Notes under the pieces: generated by a model | Database searches by the model: none | What the model saw: the letters and a program-made list of their open reading frames with translations, nothing else | What the model was told of the DNA's origin: nothing | Part shown: piece by piece, positions 11,689 to 21,678 of the stretch | Position numbering within the stretch: the first letter of the stretch is position 1 | How the letters are laid out: every line of letters begins with the position of its first letter | Source: Nitrosopumilus sp. | GTDB lineage: Archaea > Thermoproteota > Nitrososphaeria > Nitrososphaerales > Nitrosopumilaceae | Reading direction: 5' to 3' | DNA: 64,000 bases | NCBI GenBank assembly: GCA_965219345.1 | Contig: OZ244732.1 | Coordinates: 576,001-640,000 of the forward strand | Made by a program: the position numbers and the translations under genes

Positions 11689-12429
11689 ATGATTAAAGAC
11701 AAAGTAGCAATAATAACCGGAGCAAGTAGTGGTATAGGATATGCTACTGCTTTAGCACTATCAAAAGCAGGCGCAAAAGTTGCTATAGGTGCTAGAAGAG
11801 TTGATAGATTAGAAGAGCTTGCAAAAAATATATCTGCAAATGGTGGAGAAGTATTTTATCAAAAATTAGATGTAACACAAAGATTAGAATGTGAAAATTT
11901 TGCTAAGGCAGTTTTAGAAAAATGGGGTTCCATTGATATTCTTGTAAATAATGCCGGTTTGATGCCCTTGAGTCTATTCAAAAACCTTAAGATAGATGAA
12001 TGGGATAGAATGATCGATGTGAATATCAAAGGTGTGTTGTATTGTACAGGCGCAGTAATTTTACATATGAAAGAAAAAAAATCTGGCCATATTGTAAATC
12101 TCTCCTCTGTTGCTGGAAGAACTGTTTTCCCGACAGGTACTGTTTATTGTGCAACAAAACATGCTATTGCAGCATTTAGTGAGGGATTAAGACAAGAATT
12201 TAGTGCACGTTCAAACATTCGAGTAACTAGCATTGAACCTGGAGTTGTAGCAACAGAACTTACTGATACTATTACTGATGAATCTTTGCAGGGGTTTATT
12301 GAAAATGCAAAAAAAATGGAAGCATTACAAGCAGAAGATATTGCAAACACAATTTTGTATGCGGTCGAATCTCCATCTCATGTTAATGTTAATGAGATTT
12401 TGATAAGACCTACAACACAAGAACGTTAA
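11689..12429 (+). CDS. SDR family oxidoreductase
   Basis: TGASSGIG, NNAG, YCATK motifs. Confidence 0.93.
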   Translation: MIKDKVAIITGASSGIGYATALALSKAGAKVAIGARRVDRLEELAKNISANGGEVFYQKLDVTQRLECENFAKAVLEKWGSIDILVNNAGLMPLSLFKNLKIDEWDRMIDVNIKGVLYCTGAVILHMKEKKSGHIVNLSSVAGRTVFPTGTVYCATKHAIAAFSEGLRQEFSARSNIRVTSIEPGVVATELTDTITDESLQGFIENAKKMEALQAEDIANTILYAVESPSHVNVNEILIRPTTQER

Positions 12430-12448
12430 GTTAACAAATTCAAAATTA

Positions 12449-12673
12449 CTATACTTTATCCGATTTATCTTTCTCTTTTGAAAGATGTTCTAAGATAGCT
12501 TTCATTTCAACAGCTAAATCTTGTGGATTATTTGATAGATTCAATTTTTCAGGAATATTATTTTTAAAATCTTCATCTTCCATTTTTATACTTCTTTTTT
12601 GAATACAATCCAAATGATCCTGATCGGTAGCAGAAATCTTGTGACAAATATTACAAATTTTCATGAATTTCAT
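12449..12673 (-). CDS. Hypothetical protein (CxxC...H..C)
   Basis: 74-aa ORF with putative Zn ligands. Confidence 0.5.
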   Translation of the reverse strand: MKFMKICNICHKISATDQDHLDCIQKRSIKMEDEDFKNNIPEKLNLSNNPQDLAVEMKAILEHLSKEKDKSDKV

Positions 12674-12720
12674 TAATCAATACGACGATTTAATAATTTC
12701 ATTTTGTACCTGTGAGACAA

Positions 12721-12794
12721 GGGATCGTCGTCTAGCTTGGTATGATACTAGTCTGGGGGACTAGTGGTCGCAGGTTCAAATCCTGCCGGTCCCA
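12721..12794 (+). tRNA. tRNA-Pro(GGG); its 3' part is the attL of the integrated element
   Basis: GGGATCG/CGGTCCC acceptor stem, anticodon arm CTAGT-CTGGGGG-ACTAG, T-arm GCAGG-TTCAAAT-CCTGC. Confidence 0.95.
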
Positions 12795-12799
12795 TTATA
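12774..12799 (+). repeat. attL (tRNA-Pro 3' end)
   Basis: 25/26 identity to 21653-21678. Confidence 0.93.
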
Positions 12800-12804
12800 C
12801 TTTA

Positions 12805-13965
12805 GTGACTGAAATAGTACCAGCACGTAACACAAACGTGATAGAGCTTGAAGGCATTAGTGAAAACATCTATGATAACTTTCTAGAATCAATGCGAAGC
12901 TCAGAAACAAGACGCATGTATGTACGAAATCCAAAAAAACTTCTAAACTTAATTCCAAATAATATTTTTGAGGAATATCTTGGAGAGTCACCAAAATCAA
13001 GAGAGATGAATGAACTAGCTGCATCATTTACAAACATTGCAAAAAAAGACATCAATGCAACAAAACAGATTATCAAATCTTATGTTAAAGAAATCAACAA
13101 AGAAGTTGAAGAAGGAAAAATCAGCCCAAATACAGTAAAGAATAGAATCAAACCAATCAAGGCTTTACTTTCTGCAAACGAGATTGATGTCTCTTGGATA
13201 ATGATTAACAAAATGTTTCCGCGCGAGGTCAGAAGTGATGATCGTGCCTATACAAAAGAAGAGATTCAAAACATGCTTGAGCATTGTACAGATGTAATTG
13301 ACAAGCTAATCATCTTGATGTTCTCTTCTGCTGGATTTAGACTAGAAGCTTGGGACTATTTCTGTTGGAAAGATATTGTATTGTTTGAAGATGAAAAAGA
13401 AATTCACAAAGGAGCAGCTCTGAGAGTATATCGAGGAGATCCTGAAGAATACTGAACATTTATCACACCAGGGACCTGCAAAATCTTACTTCTTTACAAG
13501 GAAGAATGGAGGTCTAGATTTCTAAGATATCCAAATGAGGATAACTCACTAATTGCATCTACTAGATTTGATATTCCACATAGATTACATCAAAAAGGTG
13601 TAAGAGCGCGAGTTGACAAGATAGTAACTAAGATAGGCCTACGTGATCAGCTCAAGAAAGGGCAGAGAAGATATGAAGTCAAACTTGATCATGGATTTCG
13701 AAAATATTTCAATACCATGATGCGTCGTGCCAAAGTAGATTATTTAGATAAAGAAGATATGATGGGACACAAAGTTGGTCTTGAGAAACACTATGAAAGA
13801 TACCAAGAAGAAGACTTTGAGCGATTCCCTGAATATCAAAAGGCTATTACATTCTTGACTATCTCCGATGAGGAAAGAATGCGTTTCGAAAATAAGAAAC
13901 TAAAAGAAGAAAAATCTGAAATTCATACTCTAAAAGAAAGAATTGATCGCATGGAACACTTCTAA
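12805..13965 (+). pseudogene. int: Tyrosine recombinase/integrase with one in-frame TGA at 13453-13455
   Basis: ORFs 12742..13455 and 13717..13965 share a frame and the sequence between is open; SSAGFR, HGFRKYF, MMGH..HY catalytic motifs; DPEEY*TFITP suggests TGG>TGA. Start codon uncertain (GTG 12805). Confidence 0.88.
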
Positions 13966-14055
13966 AATAAATAATGAACAAAGTCTTGCCAGATTAAAAC
14001 AAGCATATGGATATACTTAACAAGACTTTTCTGTAAAAACCAAATTTACCAAGAC

Positions 14056-14227
14056 TACTATACTATACTATACTATACTACTTGTCTTACGTCAGACGTA
14101 ATACGTAATACAAGATATTTAGTATCATAGTATTCTATTTTGATAAATTGTAATATCGGTGTCCTAAATTCGACAAATCCATACCAATTTTGACCAAATT
14201 TGGCACAATTTCGACAAATCCATACCA
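14056..14227. repeat. Repeat-rich non-coding cluster: (TACTA)5, TTACGTC-A-GACGTAA palindrome, two 18-bp direct repeats
   Basis: (TACTA)x5 at 14056-14080; inverted repeat 14087-14101; TTCGACAAATCCATACCA at 14169-14186 and 14210-14227. Confidence 0.8.
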
Positions 14228-14441
14228 CTTGTGCGTAAGTAAAATGATACAGCTAGGCACAAATTGTACTCTAAAGTGTCATCAAAAAAGTAATTGTCAC
14301 TAAGATAATGATATGGTTATACAATACATTTCTCTTATGAGACGCTGTTAATGTAATTACTAGGATCTAATATTTTTTATCCTAAATGATAATGAATTTA
14401 GTATTTAGACTAGTAAAAATATCACAACAACACTGAGAATT

Positions 14442-15041
14442 ATGGAAACGTCACAAAATATTGAAGATTTTAAAAAAATCATTACAGATAGTTTGGCTTT
14501 TAATATTTTTTACAATAAAGGTGTCTTTAGAGAAGAAACTGATGGAAAACATATTTCTGTTAATTTATTTGAAGATCCTCCACATCTACGAGAAATTACT
14601 CTACGATTACTTAGAATCTACTTAAATCACACAAATACAAAAAGTGTCATGGGATTTACAGAAAATGATCCATCTTTAGTTACTTTTGCGACTCAAATGA
14701 GTTATCTTGAAAATATTCCATTTTACAATTATGATCTAGAAAATGATGCAGGTGCATTTAGTCAATTCATCAGACCTGAAATTGTTCCATGTTCTCTAAT
14801 AATTCCTTATTCGATTAATGAAAATCAAGTTTTAGAGATAGTTGAGCGATTTTCTCAACAAAAAGTTCCAATCACTCAAGTAATCTCAATGCTAGATGAG
14901 AATCTTTCAAAAACTACCTTTTCTAACAAAGATTTTGAATTTGTCTCAATTTGTGATTGGGTTTCATTAAAAAACCGAATTAATGAGTTCAAAAACATTA
15001 CAAATGAGAAAATGAATGAATTATTGTCTAATTTTGACTAA
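14442..15041 (+). CDS. Hypothetical protein, probable degenerate type-I PRTase fold
   Basis: Pattern parallels the downstream PyrE-like protein, but the VDD PRPP loop is replaced (SLIIPYSIN). Confidence 0.45.
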   Translation: METSQNIEDFKKIITDSLAFNIFYNKGVFREETDGKHISVNLFEDPPHLREITLRLLRIYLNHTNTKSVMGFTENDPSLVTFATQMSYLENIPFYNYDLENDAGAFSQFIRPEIVPCSLIIPYSINENQVLEIVERFSQQKVPITQVISMLDENLSKTTFSNKDFEFVSICDWVSLKNRINEFKNITNEKMNELLSNFD

Positions 15042-15187
15042 ATTGGATTTTCATCAAGATTTTGTCCTTTTGAGTCAATTTGGCATGACTTTTACTACTT
15101 AACCAATGTAGGATCCTAGAGTTCGTGAAAATGGGCCTGCTTTTGCTTAGTAATAATTTATTTAACCGACGGGGTGCCAATTAACTC

Positions 15188-15814
15188 ATGATATTACAAT
15201 CTTCTGATATTGAAATGGATAAAGCTAGATTAGAAGAATTAATTATAGAAACCGGTGCATTTCAATATAGTCCAGAAAAACCATTTCAATTAGCTTCTGG
15301 AATAGTTAGTCCATACTATTTTAATCTAAAAAAACTCAATGGGCATCCTGAAGGTCTAAACACCGTAGCAAAAATATTCTATAATATTTTTAAAAAAATG
15401 CAAGGTGTTACATCAGTTGGAGGTTTAGAATCAGGTTCTATTTCTATTGCCTCTGCTATTACTCAGTTAAGCTTTTCAGAAAATAAAAGCGATCCAAGAA
15501 ATCCTCTAATTAATTCATTTTATGTAAGAAAAGAAGCCAAAAAATATGGATCTGGAAAACAAACTGAAGGAAACATACATTCACCTGCTGTTGTTGTAGA
15601 CGATGTAATTACTAGTGGAGATTCTGCAATAAAAGCGGTAAATGTAATCAAAGACGAAAAATATGAGTGTGAATGCTTAATTTCTATAGTTTTTCGTGGA
15701 ACCGATGAACAGGAAGAAAAAATTAGGAAAATAAGTAATTTTGAATATCTTTTTACAGAAAAGGAACTTGTTGAGAAATTTACCAAAGATCTGAAAATAA
15801 ATCAGATCGCATAG
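15188..15814 (+). CDS. Orotate phosphoribosyltransferase-like protein (element-borne)
   Basis: FQLASG..SPYYFN, GGLESG, VRKEAKKYG, VVVDDVITSGDS. Confidence 0.85.
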   Translation: MILQSSDIEMDKARLEELIIETGAFQYSPEKPFQLASGIVSPYYFNLKKLNGHPEGLNTVAKIFYNIFKKMQGVTSVGGLESGSISIASAITQLSFSENKSDPRNPLINSFYVRKEAKKYGSGKQTEGNIHSPAVVVDDVITSGDSAIKAVNVIKDEKYECECLISIVFRGTDEQEEKIRKISNFEYLFTEKELVEKFTKDLKINQIA

Positions 15815-15890
15815 ATCATTAATTCATAATAACAAAAACTAATTTTCATTTCTTCTGATCATTTTTATTTCCTAAAATTGTAAGAATTTC

Positions 15891-16073
15891 ATGGATGTTG
15901 AAGATTATGGTACATCTACAGTACAAATAGAACATTTGACGACATGGCTTGAAAACCAAGTCAAAAATCTAGAAGGACATCAAGAACATGCAATGGGATC
16001 AGCTATTGCACAACAGGCTTTAACTCATGTCAAAGCTATCAAAGACCAAATTGATGCTAATAGGATAAGATAA
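15891..16073 (+). CDS. Small hypothetical protein
   Basis: 60-aa helical ORF followed by a T-rich terminator-like tract. Confidence 0.5.
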   Translation: MDVEDYGTSTVQIEHLTTWLENQVKNLEGHQEHAMGSAIAQQALTHVKAIKDQIDANRIR

Positions 16074-16222
16074 CATCAAATCTTTTTTTATTTTCGTGCC
16101 TGTTGGTAAATACAATTAGTAAAATTGTTCTAATCTCTAAGAACCTGAATCTTAATCTTAAGGACAATTCAAAAATGATATGGTGATAAAATCATAAATG
16201 ATTCTATCGTGTTCTTAATTCA

Positions 16223-16609
16223 ATGGTGCGAAAACGTACTGACAGACGTGGAGAACATGTAACTGGAGGATCGTACAAAAATGATGATTATTATAGAATT
16301 CGAATTGTGATGTATCTTTTGGCTAACCCTGAATCAAATAGACATCAAATGCTTCACAAAAAGGATTATGGTCTTAGTCGAATTGAACGAGGGAGATTAA
16401 CTATCTTGTTAGAAAAAATGAAAGAAGCTGGATGGCTAGTAAAATTTGAAAGTCCACATGCTACAGGTGTTATTGTGTATAATCTTGATAAAAAGGGATT
16501 AGCAATGGCAGAATATATTAAAAAATTAAAAGAAGAAAGCGAAACACATCCATTTTTTGATCTTGAAACTTTTTTCGGAATTAACTCTCTTGATTTGCCA
16601 AACGATTAA
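16223..16609 (+). CDS. Winged-helix DNA-binding protein
   Basis: LTILLEKMKEAGWLVK....VYNLDKKG wHTH pattern. Confidence 0.6.
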   Translation: MVRKRTDRRGEHVTGGSYKNDDYYRIRIVMYLLANPESNRHQMLHKKDYGLSRIERGRLTILLEKMKEAGWLVKFESPHATGVIVYNLDKKGLAMAEYIKKLKEESETHPFFDLETFFGINSLDLPND

Positions 16610-17462
16610 AGCGTTCAGTATTTCGTATATTTTCTAAATCTTTATCATCTTTCATATCAAGTGTGTTGTCAGATTCTAGTGCAGTTGCAACTGTAAGAGC
16701 ATCTAATGCTTCTTCTTTTTTATTAAGAACTGATAGAACACATGCTTTGTTGTACCATCCGAGTTCATCTGTTGGATCCAATAGGATTACTTTGTTAAAA
16801 TACGATAGTGCTTCTTCATGTCTACCTTTTTCAATTAGAAGTGAACCTTTGTCAATTAACAAATCAAGGTGTTCTGGTTCAATTGATAATCCTTCTTCTG
16901 CAGTTTGAAATGCTTCATCAATTCTCCCCAAATCACTAAGGATATCCGACTTCAAATCCATTGCATCAGGATTTTTAGGATCTAATTCTAGAGATTCATT
17001 AACAATTTTTAATGCTTCGTCATTTCTTTCTAAATGATTCAAAATTTCCACTTTGTCTAATAATGCTTCTGAACGTTCATCATCTGAAAATTTAACTGAG
17101 TTTTCATATGCAACTAATGCTTCTTCATGTTTTCCTAAATCATGAAGAAGATCTCCTTTGATGTTCCAATTTAATGCATCTTCATCATCAAGTTCAATAC
17201 CCTTTTCAACACAAGATAATGCCTCATCATCTCTATTTAGCCTGCTTAATGCAATGGCTTTAAAGGCCCAAAATAACGATTTTTTTTCAGAACCAATTGT
17301 GTCGCTGCTAAGATATAGTGATTTATCAATAATCTCTATAGCTTGTTTATAGTCATCTTCGAATCCAACCGCCAAAGCCTCAATGAATAGATCAAATGGA
17401 TCGGTTTTCGTTCGCTGATATAGTTTTTTCAGACCTGAAAGAAATTTTGCTTTTTTTATCAA
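16581..17462 (-). CDS. Tetratricopeptide repeat protein
   Basis: About 7 TPR units (W..KG..L..LG...EAL), C-terminal WYNKAC..D.DL.NIR. Confidence 0.88.
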   Translation of the reverse strand: MIKKAKFLSGLKKLYQRTKTDPFDLFIEALAVGFEDDYKQAIEIIDKSLYLSSDTIGSEKKSLFWAFKAIALSRLNRDDEALSCVEKGIELDDEDALNWNIKGDLLHDLGKHEEALVAYENSVKFSDDERSEALLDKVEILNHLERNDEALKIVNESLELDPKNPDAMDLKSDILSDLGRIDEAFQTAEEGLSIEPEHLDLLIDKGSLLIEKGRHEEALSYFNKVILLDPTDELGWYNKACVLSVLNKKEEALDALTVATALESDNTLDMKDDKDLENIRNTERFNRLANQES

Positions 17463-17501
17463 AGATTATGAAAAATGAATTTTTTTCCTATTTAATAGAG
17501 T

Positions 17502-17561
17502 ATCAGAAGTTCTGATGGTCCTATTAGAAATCCTATAGATCTGATCAGAAACGCTTCTAAT
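17502..17561. promoter_or_regulatory. Candidate operator palindromes in divergent intergenic region
   Basis: ATCAGAA-G-TTCTGAT (17502-17516), TCTGATCAGA (17540-17549), ATTAGAA...TTCTAAT. Confidence 0.45.
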
Positions 17562-17616
17562 TTTGTAAGAAATAATTCGACAGGAAGGTAGTCTAGTTTA
17601 CTATAGTAGACTTACT

Positions 17617-17865
17617 ATGAAAGCAAAAACAACACAATGCCTCTTTGAGGTCAGCCAGTCCGAGGCTGTAAACACCCCAGTGATGGGAACACTGGTAAAA
17701 GAAGGACTAACTCTCCCAAATAGCATCACAGAAGATATTGGTGGATTTTCTTTAGCACCAACATACTCAGCAAAACAACTAAGACGGATCAATCACCGTC
17801 TAAAATACAGAAATAGACAGGTTGGAAAGTCAGCCAAAAAACAATGGAGGTTTAATCAATGGTAA
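17617..17865 (+). CDS. Hypothetical protein, basic C-terminus
   Basis: First ORF of a tightly coupled operon (overlaps the next ORF). Confidence 0.5.
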   Translation: MKAKTTQCLFEVSQSEAVNTPVMGTLVKEGLTLPNSITEDIGGFSLAPTYSAKQLRRINHRLKYRNRQVGKSAKKQWRFNQW

Positions 17866-18068
17866 CCTCAGGAATGACTATCAAAGTCTTTGAAGGAAGA
17901 CTAGGTCACAAAAATCCAGAATGTGAAAGTTGTGGGAGCCATACATATTCTCTGTATCATGGTGGAAAAAAAGAAAGACTTGATGATGCATTTGTTTGCA
18001 AAAGATGTAGCATCATCTACAAACTTCCAAATCAAACAAAGTGTGAATTCACAGAGGTGATTACATAA
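17859..18068 (+). CDS. Zn-ribbon protein
   Basis: CESC...CKRC; GGAGG upstream; TAATG overlap with next gene. Confidence 0.6.
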   Translation: MVTSGMTIKVFEGRLGHKNPECESCGSHTYSLYHGGKKERLDDAFVCKRCSIIYKLPNQTKCEFTEVIT

Positions 18069-19201
18069 TGGCAACAGTCGCTGAAAAAGTAGGAGACATG
18101 GGTGTAAACTGTTTCTTGTGTGGAAGTGCAGTTACTGAAACTGCAATGGGACGAACAGGGTTAAGTCTAGAGGAATTAGAAATCCTAAATCATCGAATCA
18201 AGGATGGAAGTATTGGTCACATGCTCTATCTAATTGATGGAATCATGAAAAAGGCTGATTCAGGAGAATTGGACCAAGAAATTGAATTCAAAAATCAACT
18301 AGACAAAATCCAAGATGGTCAATCTCAAACTGATGAACAAGTATCAGACATTGGTAAAACAATTCTTGGAGAATTTGAAAAAAGTCAAACCAATTTTCGT
18401 GAAGAGATAGATATCCATCATAAAGAGATGTATGAAAAAAATGAGGAAAAACACAAAGTAATTCATGCAATACTTGAGGACATCTACAAAAAACTTGGAG
18501 GTCCAAAAGAAATTGGTAATACTGGAGAAACCATCACTGCAAAAGAACTAAAGTCAATGTGTACAATGGATGACTTTTCAGAAGATAAAGCATCAAAGGG
18601 TGGCACTGACTTGGTAGCAACAGTAAATCAAGATGGAAAGTCTTGTGGGATAATTGCTGTTAGTGTAAAATATCAAGAAAAATGGGAACAAGGTTTTTTG
18701 ACACAAATACGAAAAAACTTGAATCAGGAGGACACAAACTTTGGACTACTAGTCACCAAAGTCTTTCCAAATGATGCACTTAATGACAAAGCTTATGACA
18801 AAAGTAGCAAACATGGAGAAGTTCTCTGGTTGGTTAAACCAGAATATGCCGCACTTGCGTATTTCTGTCTTCATCATGTAGTAGTTGCGTACCAAAAAGC
18901 AGATGCTGTCATAAAAGAAGAAGAGGAAAAGATACGAGCGCAAGAACAAATTGCCAAAACAGTGAGAGAATGGATTACTGGAAAAGGTTTCAAAAATGCT
19001 ACCCACAAAATTGACGACGCTATACAACGAAGCACAGAAACTAGTGAAGCACTTGAAAAACTCAAATCTTATGTGGGCAGAAACGTTGACACCCTAAAGA
19101 AAAAACAGGAAGAACTTCGTGAAAACCTTGGAGTTGCAGAAGAAGCATTAGATGATCTAAGAAGTCATCTTGAAGGAGAAGATATTGAAGATGATGAATA
19201 A
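18068..19201 (+). CDS. Coiled-coil protein with PD-(D/E)xK-like domain (DUF2130/RmuC-like)
   Basis: N-terminal CxxC, long coiled coils flanking GNTGE...GTDLV...IAVSVKY. Confidence 0.6.
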   Translation: MATVAEKVGDMGVNCFLCGSAVTETAMGRTGLSLEELEILNHRIKDGSIGHMLYLIDGIMKKADSGELDQEIEFKNQLDKIQDGQSQTDEQVSDIGKTILGEFEKSQTNFREEIDIHHKEMYEKNEEKHKVIHAILEDIYKKLGGPKEIGNTGETITAKELKSMCTMDDFSEDKASKGGTDLVATVNQDGKSCGIIAVSVKYQEKWEQGFLTQIRKNLNQEDTNFGLLVTKVFPNDALNDKAYDKSSKHGEVLWLVKPEYAALAYFCLHHVVVAYQKADAVIKEEEEKIRAQEQIAKTVREWITGKGFKNATHKIDDAIQRSTETSEALEKLKSYVGRNVDTLKKKQEELRENLGVAEEALDDLRSHLEGEDIEDDE

Positions 19202-19282
19202 TCTTCATCTTTCTTTTAATTTGAGCCCAAATAGACTCAAGTTAATTAGCATCAATTACACTAATGGAGATTATGGACTATC

Positions 19283-20627
19283 ATGAGTTTTGTTGAGCAT
19301 AAAGTAGGAAATACATTATGGCACGAGATCGCCCACAAGATGTATCCTGACAAAAAATCTAGTTTCAGGGAGGCTATATCAAATTCACTTGATGAAGGTT
19401 CTGAAAAAATAATTCTGGAAATAAAACCCGATAGAATCACAATTGAAGATTTTGGTGAAGGTATTGACGATATGGACAAATTCATCCTAGTAGGACATGA
19501 TGGAAAACTCCAGAGAGAAAATAAACATTCTACTATTGGTCAAAAAGGTATGGGAAAACTTTCATTATTGATACTAGGTGATGAAATAATATTTCTCTCA
19601 AATAATGGGAAGGTGGGTTACAAATTTAGAATGGTAGAAGGTGGTCAATACAGAGAAACTCCAAGCAGTGTGGATAATTATTTATCACATAAAGGGACTT
19701 TCATTGAGATTTCTCAACCAAAAAAGATGTGGAATGTGGAAAAAGTTAGAGTATTTCTAAAAAAAGCATTTTCATTACAAGTTGCAACGGGAAAAGAAAT
19801 TATCATTAATGGAGAACCTCTGAAAGCTCCAAAGTCAATTTCATCTGAAGAGAAATTCATCTTGGCACTTAAAAAGGGGGTAAAAAAATTACTGGAAATT
19901 TGCAGTTAGCAGAAAAAAATTAGGGTTTAGTTAACATCCATGTTCAACATGTCTTTATTACTAATATGATGATTGATCCTGAACGTAAATTTAGTGGATG
20001 GGTCAATTGCGATAGTTTAGAACCAACTGCATCACGTTCTGATATTTATGAAGATGATGATGATGGCATAAAAGAAGAATTCATCAAAAAAATGTTAAAA
20101 CATGTTCAGAGATTTCCAAAAGCAAATGAGCAGAACCAATCATCCCATATCTTTACTGAACAAGAAAATATCATGGATAAGGTTCTCAAGGAACTCAAAC
20201 TAGAATTTAGAGGTGAAGTTTTAGCTGCAATTGGCAATGCAAAAAAATGGATGCACAATCAATCAACGTTGTAAAAGGAGAAGGAGATCAGCAAATACAA
20301 CAACAAAAAAATCCTCAAAATAACACAAACAAACCAATACAAAGAGAGAAGAAAACAAGTTCTGGAGTTATTTGGTGAAATGTTCAACTAGGAAACGAGA
20401 AACCTCCTTACTTGTTTAGCTGGCCCAATATCATTATCCGTAATACAACCAATGACGTTTATAGTTATTCCACCAAAACTAACAGCTCTTTAGGCCCTGC
20501 AAGGGTTAGATACTTGCAGTTTTATGCCAGAATTATTGCTAGCATGCATCCAGATAAAAAATACTGGAGCACAGCAGAATTCTTAGACAAAGCAGATGAA
20601 TATTACAGGGTGTGTCTTAAGCAGTAG
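19283..20627 (+). pseudogene. GHKL (MORC/HATPase_c_3-like) ATPase, fragmented
   Basis: FREAISNSLD, IEDFGEGI, IGQKGMGKLS, KGT motifs; continues across a frameshift (~19885), TAG 19921, a frameshift (~20245) and TGA ~20376 into ORFs 19966..20274 and 20412..20627. Confidence 0.75.
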
Positions 20628-20655
20628 GTTACTTAGATAATTAGAGGGAAATGTC

Positions 20656-21057
20656 ATGATGGAAGTACCAAAGCAGATATGTTATGTTTGTGATCAAGAA
20701 AGTCAAGAAGAACTCATTACAGAATCTGATGGTAGGGTACACGTATTTTTTGTCCACAAAAGAAAGGGGAGTGCAGGAAGACCAAGAAAATGTGATGGAG
20801 GTTACAATGAAACAGAATCAGAATTTATGAATGCCTTAGAAGGGGATGAGGCAATTAATACAACAGAAAATGCACCTAAAATTAAAAAAAACATTCTCAA
20901 ATTGTACCCGAGGCTACCACTGAAGTTTTTGTCAAGATGTTTCTGCACACTTGCCAGAAATGCAGTCATGTTTGGGTTACCAAAAAACAATTTACTTTGG
21001 TATGCAGTAAATGTACTTTGCGTACGTAGAATATGGCAAAATAATTTATTTCAATAG
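20656..21057 (+). CDS. Hypothetical Cys-containing protein, probably degraded
   Basis: N-terminal CYVC; C-terminal part looks frameshifted. Confidence 0.35.
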   Translation: MMEVPKQICYVCDQESQEELITESDGRVHVFFVHKRKGSAGRPRKCDGGYNETESEFMNALEGDEAINTTENAPKIKKNILKLYPRLPLKFLSRCFCTLARNAVMFGLPKNNLLWYAVNVLCVRRIWQNNLFQ

Positions 21058-21652
21058 TTCTTGAAGAGAAGGAATTTGAATAAATTCTAGAGTCTTGAAC
21101 CAAAATCAATAGTCCATTTAACGGACTAAATCATTCACTAAACTTGTTCAAATCTTATAGGAACCACTCTACCACTATTGATTTTACTCGGTTTGTAAAA
21201 GGATATTTGTTGAAATGGGAACCAGCATTTAGAGAAATTACGATTAGAGGATTCAATCCTGGGACTTCAAATAAAAAAAAATTGAACGTAAAGAACTTCT
21301 TAAACAAAAAATTGAATCTAAGATAGGTAAACATCTAAAAAAGTTCAGAGTCGTTGCAAAAAGAGACCATTACTCATAGATGTACGATTCTATCTATATT
21401 ATTCAGATGAGCAAGGAAGAACAAAAAAAGATCTTGATAACTTGTTGAAAATTCTTCTTGATGTGTTATCTATTAATATGATAAATGGTCAAAATCCAAG
21501 AGAAGGTCTTGGTATAGTGCTGGATGATTCATATTCGTAAAATAATATGCGAAAAACAAATTGTAAATTCTACTGAAAAAGAAGGCATTGATTTCCAAAT
21601 TTCTATAGGACATTAATCGTGCCTATTTGGTACCAAAATTATCACCAAAAAC

Positions 21653-21678
21653 GTTCAAATCCTGCCGATCCCATTATA
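21653..21678 (+). repeat. attR (copy of tRNA-Pro 3' end)
   Basis: GTTCAAATCCTGCCGATCCCATTATA; overlaps the stop codon of the kinase gene. Confidence 0.93.

Larger units (their letters stand above)
12774..21678. mobile_element. Integrative element in tRNA-Pro (8,879-bp circle), decaying
   Basis: 26-bp direct repeats GTTCAAATCCTGCCG(G/A)TCCCATTATA at 12774-12799 and 21653-21678; integrase next to attL; non-core cargo. Confidence 0.93.

Noticed and set aside
12742-12804. ATG start of the 237-aa ORF inside tRNA-Pro
   Set aside because: It lies within the tRNA D-arm and is an artefact of the frame being open through att.
13453-13455. Stop-codon recoding of TGA in the integrase
   Set aside because: Core genes use TGA as stop and the element has several other lesions; a simple TGG>TGA mutation is sufficient.
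19860-20400. Frameshifts in A-runs as systematic sequencing error
   Set aside because: Long core genes with many A-runs are intact, and lesions including nonsense codons concentrate in accessory DNA. Individual errors cannot be excluded without reads.
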